Shown piece after piece: positions 13,006-24,733 of a stretch of DNA of 64,000 nt. The DNA is taken from positions 1,963,927 through 2,027,926 of the forward strand of contig OZ199838.1 of the NCBI GenBank assembly GCA_964304625.1, read 5' to 3'. The stretch is from Kudoa neothunni (taxonomy: Eukaryota > Animalia > Cnidaria). The notes beneath the pieces are model-generated. The model was not told where the DNA came from. It ran no database searches and saw only the letters and a list, made by a program, of their open reading frames with translations. Every line of letters begins with the position of its first letter. The first letter of the stretch is position 1. Both the position numbers and the translations under genes were made by a program.

Positions 13006-16000
13006 ATGCCTCGCTCAAGAATACATAACATTGTTGGTATGGTTATTGTTTATGGCGGTTCTCATCGATTGGAAATACATGTCTGAGTTTTGTTAAATTG
13101 TAGAACATGGTACTCAACATGGTAATGTCACCAGTAATATCAAATTTGCAAAGGAATTAATCGAAGAAATGAGCAAATTTAAACATGGGTTTTTACAGAC
13201 ATACATTTTTCATTTCTCATATTTATTATGAAGTGAAATATTGGCACTGAATGTGTTAGTGGAAAAATTGCGAACATACGATGAAATAGTTGCTCTTCAA
13301 GCGCTTAACGTATGTGATTTGATGGTGATAGGGTGGGTTGCATTCACCTATTACAGATGTTGGAATATTGTGCCGAGCATGGTGGTTCGATTTTTGAGAA
13401 TGAAATTGGTAGGAATAGATTTCTTAATGAATTAGCTAAAATGTTATCGCCTAAAGTAATCCCACTCGACTAAATCTTTTACATCTTTCACATTTTTGAG
13501 ATTAATTCTTGCCTGCTTTTGTTAGTATGATGCCGATAAATGTCCATTGGCGGTAAAAAAACGTATTTCTATTATATTTTTCGAATGGGCCAAGTTGTTT
13601 CCAAACCAACCTAAAATCCATTCCGCCTATGTCACTCTCAATAATAAAGGTTCTATCTTTTCTATTTCTATTCAATCGCACATTCACAAACACCTACTAA
13701 TCCTTAATATATTCAGGATATATCATAGCGGAGGCAATTAAAGGCAAAGTAATACGTTTATCTCCACAAACACATTTGGTCTAAATATTTTAAATGAATT
13801 TTAGAAAAAACAGCGAGAAGTAAGCGCCATAGAAGACAATGGAGCCGCCAAAGTAACTCATTTGAGCTTGCTTGATGCAGCATACATATTTGTGCTGTAG
13901 AAATTGGAACGACTGCTTCATTCCAACCATCCAGATGATTTGGTGTTAGCTAATAGACTCATCAAAAGCATGGTAGAAAAAGAAGAACATCGCACAATCA
14001 ATATCCACAATAGAAAAGAGAAAATCCAATCAATTCGTGATAAAATTCAACTTTTGCGTGACATGATGGATTCTTATCGGCTTGGAAACTCAAATGTTGA
14101 ACTGGATGTTATTAAAGTTGCTAATTTAATTCTAATTCGATGTTTTAATTTTACTATTTTGCACCGATTTAGGAAATTAAAAACGTATGTTACGATTATC
14201 ATGGTGACTTGAACAACACTGCTAACAATGCCATCGCTGACAAGGATCCCTTTTTAAGTGGGAATTTTTTCGATAGAACTTATCTAATTGAGATCGGTTG
14301 GTTTAGAAGACCTTATGCAACTATCCGAAGATTTAACAAATGTTTTGAATGAGTACAGCGAGTTTGAAACTAGTGTTAGTTCGAAAAGTGTGTTATACTT
14401 TGTTTTATGTTTTAATGTGATTCATTCGCTTTAGAAATGCAAGATCTGATGGATCTCGATGATATTTTTGGTCCAGGTGTTAGTATATCGAAGGGGGCGA
14501 CTAAAAATGTAGAAAAATTAGAACTCGGAGAAAATGGTACGCTTTGTTGTCAATACAATAAATATGACTGAGGTGACTCGAATCAAATATGTAATTATTT
14601 TTGTAGAGCTCAAACAGGCCTCAGCTGATCCTAATGTATGATCTTGTTGGTTGCAGATTTTATGTTAAAATTCAATTCATTTAGACAGCTGACGATGATT
14701 TCCTTGATCTCTTTTGTTCCAAGTCCAACTCAAATGTTAACTCCACCGCGAACAGTATTTGTTAATTTTTTATGCTATAAGTTGTAATTGGATTTAGTGA
14801 TGCAAGTCAACGTGAATTCTCAAAATCCCGATTTGAACCTTTTTAGTGCTGTATTTTAATGGGAGTGTTGGCGCAGGCTATCGACATTTTACAATTAATT
14901 TTTTACCTACCGTATATACTCAAGGTATACACAAGTATAAGTTGCAGAGGGTTTTGGAATAATTTTTCCTGATATTGGTCGGTTCGCGTATTAGTCGCAC
15001 CTTGAAAAGAAAAGTTTTCAGTTTATAAACTTTTAACAGATTAGATTTTTTAGCTTAAGATTATGCAAAAATTCAATTCATAAAATAAAAAGAGGATATA
15101 TTTATTATAAGCTCGTATAGTGTTAGTATTTTTCAAAAAATAAGTTTTAAATGTTAATGGTTTTCGTTGATATAATTGGAAGTAGAGTCATTCTCTTAGA
15201 GTAGACATATTCTTTATTCAGCAGTAATGGTGTCGTTATTTTCTATTTTTCCATCCTCCCAAAGTATATCATCCTCGCTCCCATCCATTGAATTTGGTAT
15301 ACCGCATTTTTTGAATAATCTGGGATTATTTCTGAACATATTGATTCTCAAGAATTTTTCACACAGCCAGCAGCTACGATAGATAATAGATAATGCGGGT
15401 GTTTTGAATTTTCTGAAGTTGTCCTTTTTGCCAATCCATCCGACATCCATTTAATCCATTGCTCGCGAACTGTACATTTAAATTAGAAAATTAATTTATC
15501 ACGAAACAATTGTATACTTTACCACCAACCATCCTTATTTTTAAGAGTGTATCATTTGTATAGGTCGCATGCGGATTTTGAAACTTTTTCTTTAAAAAAA
15601 AAGCGCGGTTTATACTGGAGTATATACGGTAGTTGTCTGCATCGTGAAGGTGGCTTAAATCTAGTTTAATTCACAGCAATTCGCATTTTCAACTAGCGCG
15701 AAACGTTAATTTCTCTATATTATTCTATGATGTTTATTTTTAGCTACGGATTATAAATTTTTTGATCCTCCACGTAAACTATTCAATCTAACAATTTAAT
15801 AGTGAGATTCTAACACCACATTAATCGATGAGTGCAGGTTCGAATCTTGGTTTCGACAGTTGATTTTATCACATTCACAAACAAAGGCGTTTGTTTGAGA
15901 TTCTGGTCTAGTAGAAATTACACCTACGATGCATCATGCATTTTTTGTTGTATTATAATAAGGGTATTGTGTCGATAGCCTCTCACTCGTTGTCTTCATT

Positions 16001-18365
16001 ATTAGTGTGTAGTGCTGATACTGGTATTGTCGCCTAGGTGCCAACTTCAGCGAGTGGCAGTTTAAACCAATCGAATACCCATGCGACCCCCACGTTTGAT
16101 TCTTTAATAAATAATATGGATGCTCCTCGTCAACCATACCTCTCTCAAAAGGGATCTATAATGGATGACCCTTTTTATCATCTCAACTTCAAAACAACCC
16201 CACCTGGTACTACCATTTTTTTATTATACGCTGTTTAAAATGGCCATTTAAGCAGATTATTAACATTTAAATGGGTGCTTTTTAAAACCCCTTATTAATC
16301 AAAGATAAATGCATCACCAGCTAGTTTTAGGAGTTAAAAGCAATTGTTGATAATTGAAAAAATAAATTATTTCAAACAACTGAGAAAGTATAGCATGCTG
16401 TCGTCCTAGTACTTTAGCTTAATTTTAAAAATTTTTCGGTTTAATATTCATAATTTTTTTCGTGAGTATGTGCACATATCTCTGTTAGTTATTAACTGTT
16501 GTTTTACTCGATATCAATAATATTTAGCTTTAATAATATTAAATTTTATTATCGACTCTAAATTAATTTTCGTTTATTATTTTTTCATACTTAAATTGCA
16601 ATATACAAATTAAAAATCAACAGTTATTATATAGGTATATTAATATTTGTGTTACAAATCAAATATGATTGTCATTGTCTAATGAAATAAATTACTTATG
16701 TTTGATCTATCATTCATTCATTCATTCATTCGTTAAAAGTAATATCCTAAGTTTGTTTTTCCCACATTTAATTTTATAAATTTTTTTTATAGTTGTTATT
16801 AAATGTTTTTGAATTATTTAGGTAGCTTTTTTGTCAACATTGTAAATACTTAATTGATGCGTACGCACGGAAAACTAGTTTCGATACTTAAGACATGAAC
16901 TAAAGTCTCAGTATTTGTGATCGATTGTAATATTAAAATTTTGATAATATTCATTTTACTTTTTATCAATTAAAATTTTTTAACTTGTTGTACACATATA
17001 AACTGCTAAATAATTATTTCCGACATTTGGAATTGGTTGTTTTCGTATGTATGCAGTCTAGCAATTCACAATATCGGCATAATTCATCATATCTTCTTCC
17101 TTTTTAATTTATTCAACAACAATATTATTCAGATAAAAAATGTATTTAAAATACTAATAGTTATGTATGTTTTATAGTATTTTTATATTTTCAATTCTTG
17201 ATTAATTTGTAATTTCGCGCATAAACATGAAGCGATTTTGACTCATAAAGTATTATGAACTTGTTTCCGTCGCTTGGGGACAAAATTAGTTACTTGAACA
17301 TTGGTTGTTTCTCATCTTAATGTATTTTGAAGATTATCACCGTTATATGTATTAAAATGTTAATTTTCATTCTTGGTGTCTAAATTAATTTTATTATTTG
17401 TAGGTCAAATAATCAATGTATTATTATAAAAAAATATTTTAAATAGATACTTATTAGCAATTTTCAATCTTGTAAATACAACAAATATATAAAAACTGGT
17501 AGCTATGAAATAGAATTGATTAATAAATTATAGAAACGATAACATATTATATAACTTTTTTGAATATATTTACTGATAAATTTGGTAGAGGATTTTAATA
17601 TTTATAGCTTAGCTAAGTATAATTATATTATAATCGAGAACATAATGGCATTGCTAGAGTTAAAAATAACAAAAGTTTAGTTAGATTACACGTTGTATAT
17701 GCTAATTTTTCCATTGTGATAGTCTAATTATTGGTTTTTTTATTTTTAGAGAATTCCAAGCCTCAAAATCCTTTAAACAATATCCAAATTGATATGTCTT
17801 CTATTGATATAGGTGTGTATTTGAATGTGAAAATTGTGGTTTGTATAGATGGTTAATTTGATTTAGTCAAAACTGTACCGTTAATGGGATCAACGCTGAT
17901 ATTTTGTTTGGCATTAGCCAAATTGAAACCGTCATTATCATATTCGTTTGACTGTAACAACTTGAGGATTTTTGTTTTCAACGGAATGAATATGACAACC
18001 GCCACGATAACCAACATAAAGTTGAACGTCTCCATTGGCAGTAATGGTGTAATTTAGTCGGACGATTGATCATATGTGTTTAATCTGAGTATTGATTTAG
18101 AGCGAATGGGGTAATAATTTGAAACTCTTTCCCATCTCTCAGTCCACACTAACTCCATTCAATCCGGTAATGCCGCCTGCTGTTTTTACGTCGATTTTAG
18201 TTGTTAATGATGTAATTTTTTTACTGCTATTGAATGCAAATTTTATAATCGATCATCTCTCATTTATAGCTAATTCCAACAGTGAACTTTGAAATCTCGT
18301 ACACACACAGTCAACTTGGAACTGTTGTTGAGACAATACCTGCTTCGTTAGATGCTTCCAAATGA
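13006..18365 (+). CDS. GGA: GGA clathrin adaptor (VHS-GAT-hinge-GAE), multi-exon
   Basis: VHS 'ALQALN/MLEYCAEHGGSIFENEIGRNRFLNELAKMLSPK'; GAT 'LERLLHSNHPDDLVLANRLIKSMVEKE'; hinge clathrin-box-like LMDLD and LIDE; GAE exons at 17750-18365 ending in TGA at 18363. Confidence 0.88.
14908..15631 (-). mobile_element. pogo/Tigger-like (Tc1/mariner superfamily) deleted element inside a GGA intron
   Basis: TA-CCGTATATACTC ... GAGTATATACGG-TA (TIRs plus TA TSD). Internal ORF 15214-15450 has the pogo C-terminal motif FKKCGIxNSMDGSEDDILW. Confidence 0.85.
16710..16879 (+). mobile_element. Possible non-autonomous Helitron 3' end with a (TCAT)n microsatellite, in a GGA intron
   Basis: (TCAT)5 at about 16710-16730. 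Palindrome TGCGTACGCA at 16858-16867 is followed closely by CTAG|T. Confidence 0.35.
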
Positions 18366-18828
18366 AACCAACCACTTCATATTTCATTACAGACTGCGCT
18401 TCACACTTTTATATAATAAAATAGTGTGATGATCGATTTTTCGTTTGTTACACTTTAATATTTTCAGTGTATTTTTGAATTGTTTATTTTTTCAACATAT
18501 ACAAGCTATTTATCTACATTTGGAGATTATTTTTAAATTGGATCTTTTATGTTGCCTTACTTTATTTTTTTATCAAATACCGTGGAAATTTTTTTTTGTA
18601 ATTATGAGAACCGGCCCTTTATTGAATATTACATTTTGAGCGTACAAGCAAATATGACGTAATTTTCCTGTTCCTCTCTTGATGTTTGGTCAACTTTGAA
18701 ACATCAATGCAATGGTCATGAAAGAGTTATTAAAATATTTTTTCGTGTTCTAAAGTGGTGCTTAGCTAATTCGAAATTCTATCGTACTCTCCAACTCTCA
18801 TGGGAACATTATCACCCATCCTTTAGAT

Positions 18829-20626
18829 TAGGGGTCGGGAACCTATTGCTCTTGAGTAGGCCTTCAAAAAATCGAGAGTCGGGGGTCGGATTTCGAGGGT
18901 ATATGGATTATCGTCTATTTCGAAGAGATTAACTCAATGTATTAACAAGATTGTGTGATTCGTTCACAGCGGATTTTCGTAATCAAGTTTAGGAGAAATT
19001 TTCTTATCAAAAATCAGCATTACATTATTTTTTGCAATAAAATATTTTATTTCTCTTAAAATATCGGCTAAACTACAGTACTACAGTATCTGTGTACGAA
19101 CTTCGGGCAGTGTCGCATACTAAATCGGAAATAAAGTCGTTTCCTACGATTCCTCCTGTTATATCACTTCTTTTTCAAAAAAAATTACGTTATGTAATTA
19201 AATTCAGTTAAAAAATAATTAATCCATAAACTGGAAATAAATCTTTAGTCGAACACATTCGGATTCACGTAGAATCTCAATGGTGTTGATACATACATGA
19301 AAAAATTATTGTCACTATAATATCAAAAAATTCGAAGTCATTAATTGTTCTTTGAATTTTTTATTTGTATCTGTCAGTAATAAGTTTGCAAATGTTCAAT
19401 CATGATTTGGTATTTTAAAAACAGAACTTTCTGATTTATTCTATTCAAAATTAGAATAAAGATGTTTCAATTTAACTATGGCATTCTGTAATATGGTTTT
19501 TAGTTTATAAATTTTTTGGGATAGTTTATTCATGATTAAAACTATTTTATAACAATATTTGTTCGAAAATTCAAACAATAAAATTTTTAATTTATTTTAT
19601 TAAGTTATCTTTTTATTTATACACATTAAGTATCTGAAAAAATATTAATTAATTATTTTTTCATTAAAATGAACTTTAAAGTAGAGCAGTCGTCAAATAA
19701 AAATATACAGTTCTTAAATATTTAAGTTAAATCAATTATAGATATTTACAAATTTTAAGCATTTTTTTTTTATTTATCTCAACAATATAAAAGTGATGCA
19801 AAATCCAAAAATAAACATTTATTAGTTAGTTTTTAACATAAAGTGGAATATTACGTCATATTTTATAATCTACTTCAATATATTTGTGTGATTGAATGTC
19901 TCAAGCGTTTTAAACTAACATAATTAATTTACTGAGATGTATTATCTATCCAAATGTTTGTAAAAACTAGTAACAACCACAAAACGTTGGAATCATTGAA
20001 TCCCTATCCAAATCCGTAATAATCCTCACTTCAAAACATAATCACCCTCGATTTTTTAAAGGTCTGCTCGTGAGCCAGATGTGGCACTGTGGATGGTTGC
20101 ATCGGATTCTCAGACGAATTTTCAATTGAAAAAATGCTTCGTTAAACTTTGCGAATATGCGAAACGGTCACTACGGAAAATCGGTTATCTACTGTACCAC
20201 ACACTGCAGCGTGCAAGTATTTCTGTAATGTCAATGTTTGGCTCAGCGTATGCATTTGAGCAGTCTTACTACATCTAAAAGACATGAAAACCAAACTACG
20301 ATCACGTTTAACGGATTGAAGTCTCAACACCTGAATGAAGCTTATCTTACCACGTATTACCCACATTACAAATTATATGTAAAACCATGCAGGACCAGAA
20401 GTCGCAATGATGATGAAAAATAATCATCAATGATTAAAAATAATGTTACAATAATATTAAAAAGAATTTAACGGCTTGTTTTATTTTAAAGTGTTGGGAT
20501 TATATAAAACTCGCACACGTACTTCTTTTTTTTAATTTAAATATGTTGTATGACTCTCATGTAATTTGTTTTTAAAAAATATGTGACCTTTGTGGCTCTT
20601 TCATCAAAACAGGTTCCCGATCCCTG
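18829..20626 (+). mobile_element. hAT (Buster/SPIN-like) deleted element
   Basis: TIRs TAGGGGTCGGGAACCT / AGGTTCCCGATCCCTG. Perfect 8-bp TSD CTTTAGAT at 18821-18828 and 20627-20634. Dimerisation-domain remnant 'MFGSAYAFEQS...KTKLRSRLTD' at about 20230-20340. Confidence 0.9.
18857..20066. mobile_element. hAT-type MITE nested in the left subterminus of the previous hAT
   Basis: 23-bp imperfect TIRs TAGGCCTTCAAAAAATCGAGAGT / ACCCTCGATTTTTTAAAGGTCTG. 8-bp TSD CTCTTGAG / CTCGTGAG (1 mismatch). Confidence 0.85.
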
Positions 20627-21011
20627 CTTTAGATCTTCGTGTGTTTTTTAGACCTTGGACAATATAGTAATCAAATTGAAAAACGTTTGCTATATATGAA
20701 TGTAACAATAATTATTTATTTCCTTCTGAAAATAATCTATTTATGCAGTTGTAAATAATTTTTGAAGTTAATCCAATATTACAATAAATAAATGATATTT
20801 ATACACATCGTGATTTTTAAGGTTCATCAACCCTAGAAATTTTAATCGATGAAAAAATTTTGTTTTTAATAAAAAAATAATAACTGTATAAAAAGTGAAT
20901 TTATTTGTAAATAACCTTTTCAAGAATAAAACTTGATACCAATAGCAATGCGGAGGACAAAATTCAATCCTGTCGGCAAATATTTTGCTCATTGTGCAAT
21001 ATCGCTTAGAT

Positions 21012-21631
21012 CAGGGTCCCCAAGGGTTTTTTCAAATTTACCCTCGCGGCTGAGTGAAAAATCCAAATTTGTCACTTTAACGTGGAAGTCAAATTCATAT
21101 TTACTTTAAGGTTTTATACTGGTTTAACTATGGCAGATGCTACTTTCAGGGCAAATTCTAATCTTAAAATACATGTGCGCTTGTGCAATGACAATTCTTA
21201 ATGCCTTTAGCTCGTACTTATAAGTTATAAGCTGTCTACAGATTTAATTCTTTAGGTTCTGCTAAATTGTATTATTTCTATCCCAATCCGTCGCTCTTCA
21301 TGTCCAGACAATTAAAAATAGTCTAAACTAGTGACACCTTGATATTCTTTACCATGCGAATAGTCATTTTAAGTATTATTATTATTATTAAGCTACATCA
21401 CTAAAGGATAAACAAAACATATAAGGAAGAGACTGTCTATAATTTTATATATAAGTGTTAAACACTTATTCTTAAAAACATTAAAGCATTTCTGTCAACT
21501 CATTATTATTGAGCTTAATAGGCCCGAATGATATAATTCCTTAGGTACGTCATAACTTCATCATGCAAAAACTTCCCCTATCCAATTTTGATGTTACTTA
21601 ATTTACCCCTGTCATTTAAGATTTACCCCTG
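21012..21631 (-). mobile_element. hAT-like MITE family A, copy 1
   Basis: CAGGG...CCCTG ends. Internal blocks (CAGGGGTAAATTAAGTAACATCAAAATTGGATA; CCTTAAAGTAAATATGAATTTGACTTCC) are homologous to copies at 27814, 45161 and 48705. Confidence 0.75.
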
Positions 21632-21738
21632 CTCTAAACAATAATTATTACGAACAAATTCGAGTGCTAAAGAAAGCTACGTGATCAAATAGTTCCAATT
21701 AGTAATATTAACTACTAAGTATCATTAAGAGAATTAAT

Positions 21739-24733
21739 TTAGTCACTTTTCTTCTTCAGTATGACGAATCCAACTATCGATATGACCAGAACCAAAGCAA
21801 CGCACGAAAGAACTATCCTATAAAAAGGATTGGTTTAAATATTAGCATCTAAAAAGTTTTACATAAGTTTTATTTTTTCCCTAAAAAAATAAAAAATTTC
21901 ATAAAAACATATTACTAAACTCACCCAGAACTACTTTTTGCTCCTACGATGTAAACATTAAGTTACATTGTGAAAAAATAATGTACCTTGTTGTATGTCA
22001 GCACAACCGAAAATTGTTTTATCTTGAGCACTGTATACAGTCAAGGAATAGTTGTTTCCATCAGGCACATCGTTGATTTTAAATTCTTTGCAGGTCACAA
22101 AAGTAGTACATCCGTCTACCTCTTTCCCCATGCAAGATTTTACTACCGCGTTCGACTTGACGCTACTGTTACGTAACTCCCATTTGCATTTTGATTTATC
22201 ATTCATATTGGCTGGAAGTGTGGTGGTTATAACGAAATTGTTCTCATGGCGTGTAATGATAACTGATATCAATTTTGAGGGATCATTTGGGTTTATTTGT
22301 GGTAAACCTATTGTAAGTTTCGTTTAAAAAGTTCTTAATAATGACATTCATGGAAGTATTAATTGTAGTACTTGATTTTATAATAAGCTCTTTTTCTGAA
22401 GATTTCCCAATAGCTGTGACTAAAATTTTGTATGTACTTGTTGTTTCATACTCGGTAAATTTTATAGAACTGCAAAGAGGGTTTGATGAACATGTGTTTG
22501 TGCTAATAGCGACTCCGGCACTTTGTGTACCTGAATTGGCTGAAATTGCTGACTTCGCCGTTGGTATCAGACCATCATCTGCTCCCGTAGATATAACAAC
22601 TCTAGCAATGTCAATAGCTACACCACTTAACCGGGACGGACCAGTAGGAATTGTTTTTGGTGCTACTGTGGTGGTAACAGGTGCCGTTTCTTTCGGCATC
22701 TCCGGACATGTGTAAAAGTTTATGTAGTCGTTATCATTCTTCTTTTTGATGATATAACTGCAAGTTGCAGTTGGATCCATGGAATTTAATCGTGCATTCA
22801 ATGACAAACCATCCACTGTGATCTTATGTGTTAACGTTAATGTTGTTAATTCTATTAAAAATTTAAAGAATAAATTATAACTTCAATAACCTGTTGTTAT
22901 ATTTTTGTGATCTTTTATGCCGTAATCCTTATGTGCGATCACTCTCATATCATAGGGTGTATTTGGCTCAAGGTCTTCTATCGTAATTTGTTCACTGCAA
23001 ATTCCTCTGCACGGTGTGTTGCCACCGCACTTTGCATGGTAAAAACTGTCCAATCCACTCGGACTTATCAAATACTCACAGGTAGGTTCCATTTTCTTAT
23101 CTCCAGCTGCAGATTCAGAAATAGCTATAGCTGTAAGAGAGACTGTTGTGTCTGTTTTTGTAGGAGCAGTAGTTTTATACGCTTTATTTTGTCCATTTGC
23201 TTTATAATTCATTATTTTATAGAATAAATGTAATCATTTACTCGTCCTTATGAATATATGTTCTTTTAAAATATTTTGATCATCATTGCTATCTAATGCG
23301 ATTTCAATCATGTAGGCTTTCCCCGCTGTAAGTCGTTCGATCGTCAATTTTGTGCAAGCGGTGTCGCAACTGGTGCTTCCCGTATCACATGTTGTTACAG
23401 ATGGAGCGTCTGGTTTGATTTTGTCAGCGAAATAATGTTTGAGGGTACATTTATCAATTTTTGGATTTGTTTCTCTTTTAAATAGGGCACTATCAAATGA
23501 CACTCCTTGATATGTATATTTTGACAGAAATCCTCCAGTTGGTTCGGTAATTGCTAAAGAAGATGATGAAAAAATTCAAATTAATATCCATGGATTACCA
23601 AATTTTGTTTGTTTGTAACCATCTAATTTAGCACCCATAGCTGTTATGTCGTGATGTCTGGTTTGGATTAAAATATCATAAATTAACTTGCCTTCAATAC
23701 CGTTTAACACAACATCCTTACATAGAGCATAACAGCTTTTACCAGTGCCACCACAAACTGAAGTATATTTTTGGGTGCTTGTTGTATCCTTACCACCTTT
23801 AAGACTAAACAGGCATACTTCAGACGATGGAGAATTAGTGAATTTAATTCCGATTTTATTTCCAGTTTTTTCAACGATATAAAATTGTGGCTTATAAATG
23901 GCTATGTTTTTTTTCATATATTGATTGGGCATATTGTAAAAGAAACTGGGATACTTTGAGCACCTCACTTCGTAATGGGGTAACAATACGTCGAAATCAA
24001 CTGCATTTTTTGTATTTTCGGCAATGCAACTATTCCCTTTGGTGCCATCTACATATTTAATATCTTTATAATAAATAGGGCAATCTACGCGTGCACATGT
24101 TTTTGCTACGAATTTTAGCTTATTTTTGTCGGTATTGTCTGTAGGCGTAGACACAGTAATTTGTGGATTAGCCAATAATGCTAAATTCGATTTATTTTTC
24201 TGTAACATTAAACTGATTTACGTATTGAATATCCAAATACTTTTGCTCCCGATCCCTGATCTTTTTCTTTAACAGCATCTGTATTTTCACCGACATAGAC
24301 GTATATGTATTTGGTTCTTGGTGATAGTTTTTCGTACGTGATTTTATTCTCATTAGTATTACAATCGACAACACATTTATTATTAGCACCAGTCTGGGCA
24401 TTGGCAGTGCAACTGTTGATGTCTACAAACGTATTTGCTATTTCTTCAGTAGTATCTTCAATTTCTGCTTCTTTAGATCGCATTATACGGCACTTTTTGC
24501 CAGTTCCATAATCAGTGCCTCCAAGATTGATTTTAATTTCATCTGTTTTACCAGCTGTAGCTTTTACAATCTGGTATTTAAACGTTTTCGTTGGAGGTGC
24601 AGCTGCGGCTGGAGGACTTGATTTTACATCAACATTGACTATGTTTGATATTAAAATTCCTAAACTTGTATTAATATTTAAATGCAATCAGATTAATACC
24701 CAGAACAATGTGGAGAAATTCAGCTATTCGCAT
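21739..24733 (-). CDS. Orphan type I membrane protein (~860 aa, 9 exons) with six 4-Cys FN3-like modules, a C-terminal TM helix and a KKKSD tail
   Basis: ATG at 24733 gives a signal-peptide-like MRIAEFLHIVLGILISNIVNV. Modules end in FN3 tyrosine-corner-like motifs (LSPRTKY, IEGKLIY, LTAGKAY, LEPNTPY, YETTSTY, VPDGNNY). Module exons are joined by phase-1 introns. There is a 19-nt microexon near 21925-21943. The last exon is IVLSCVALVLVISIVGFVILKKKSD*. Confidence 0.8.
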
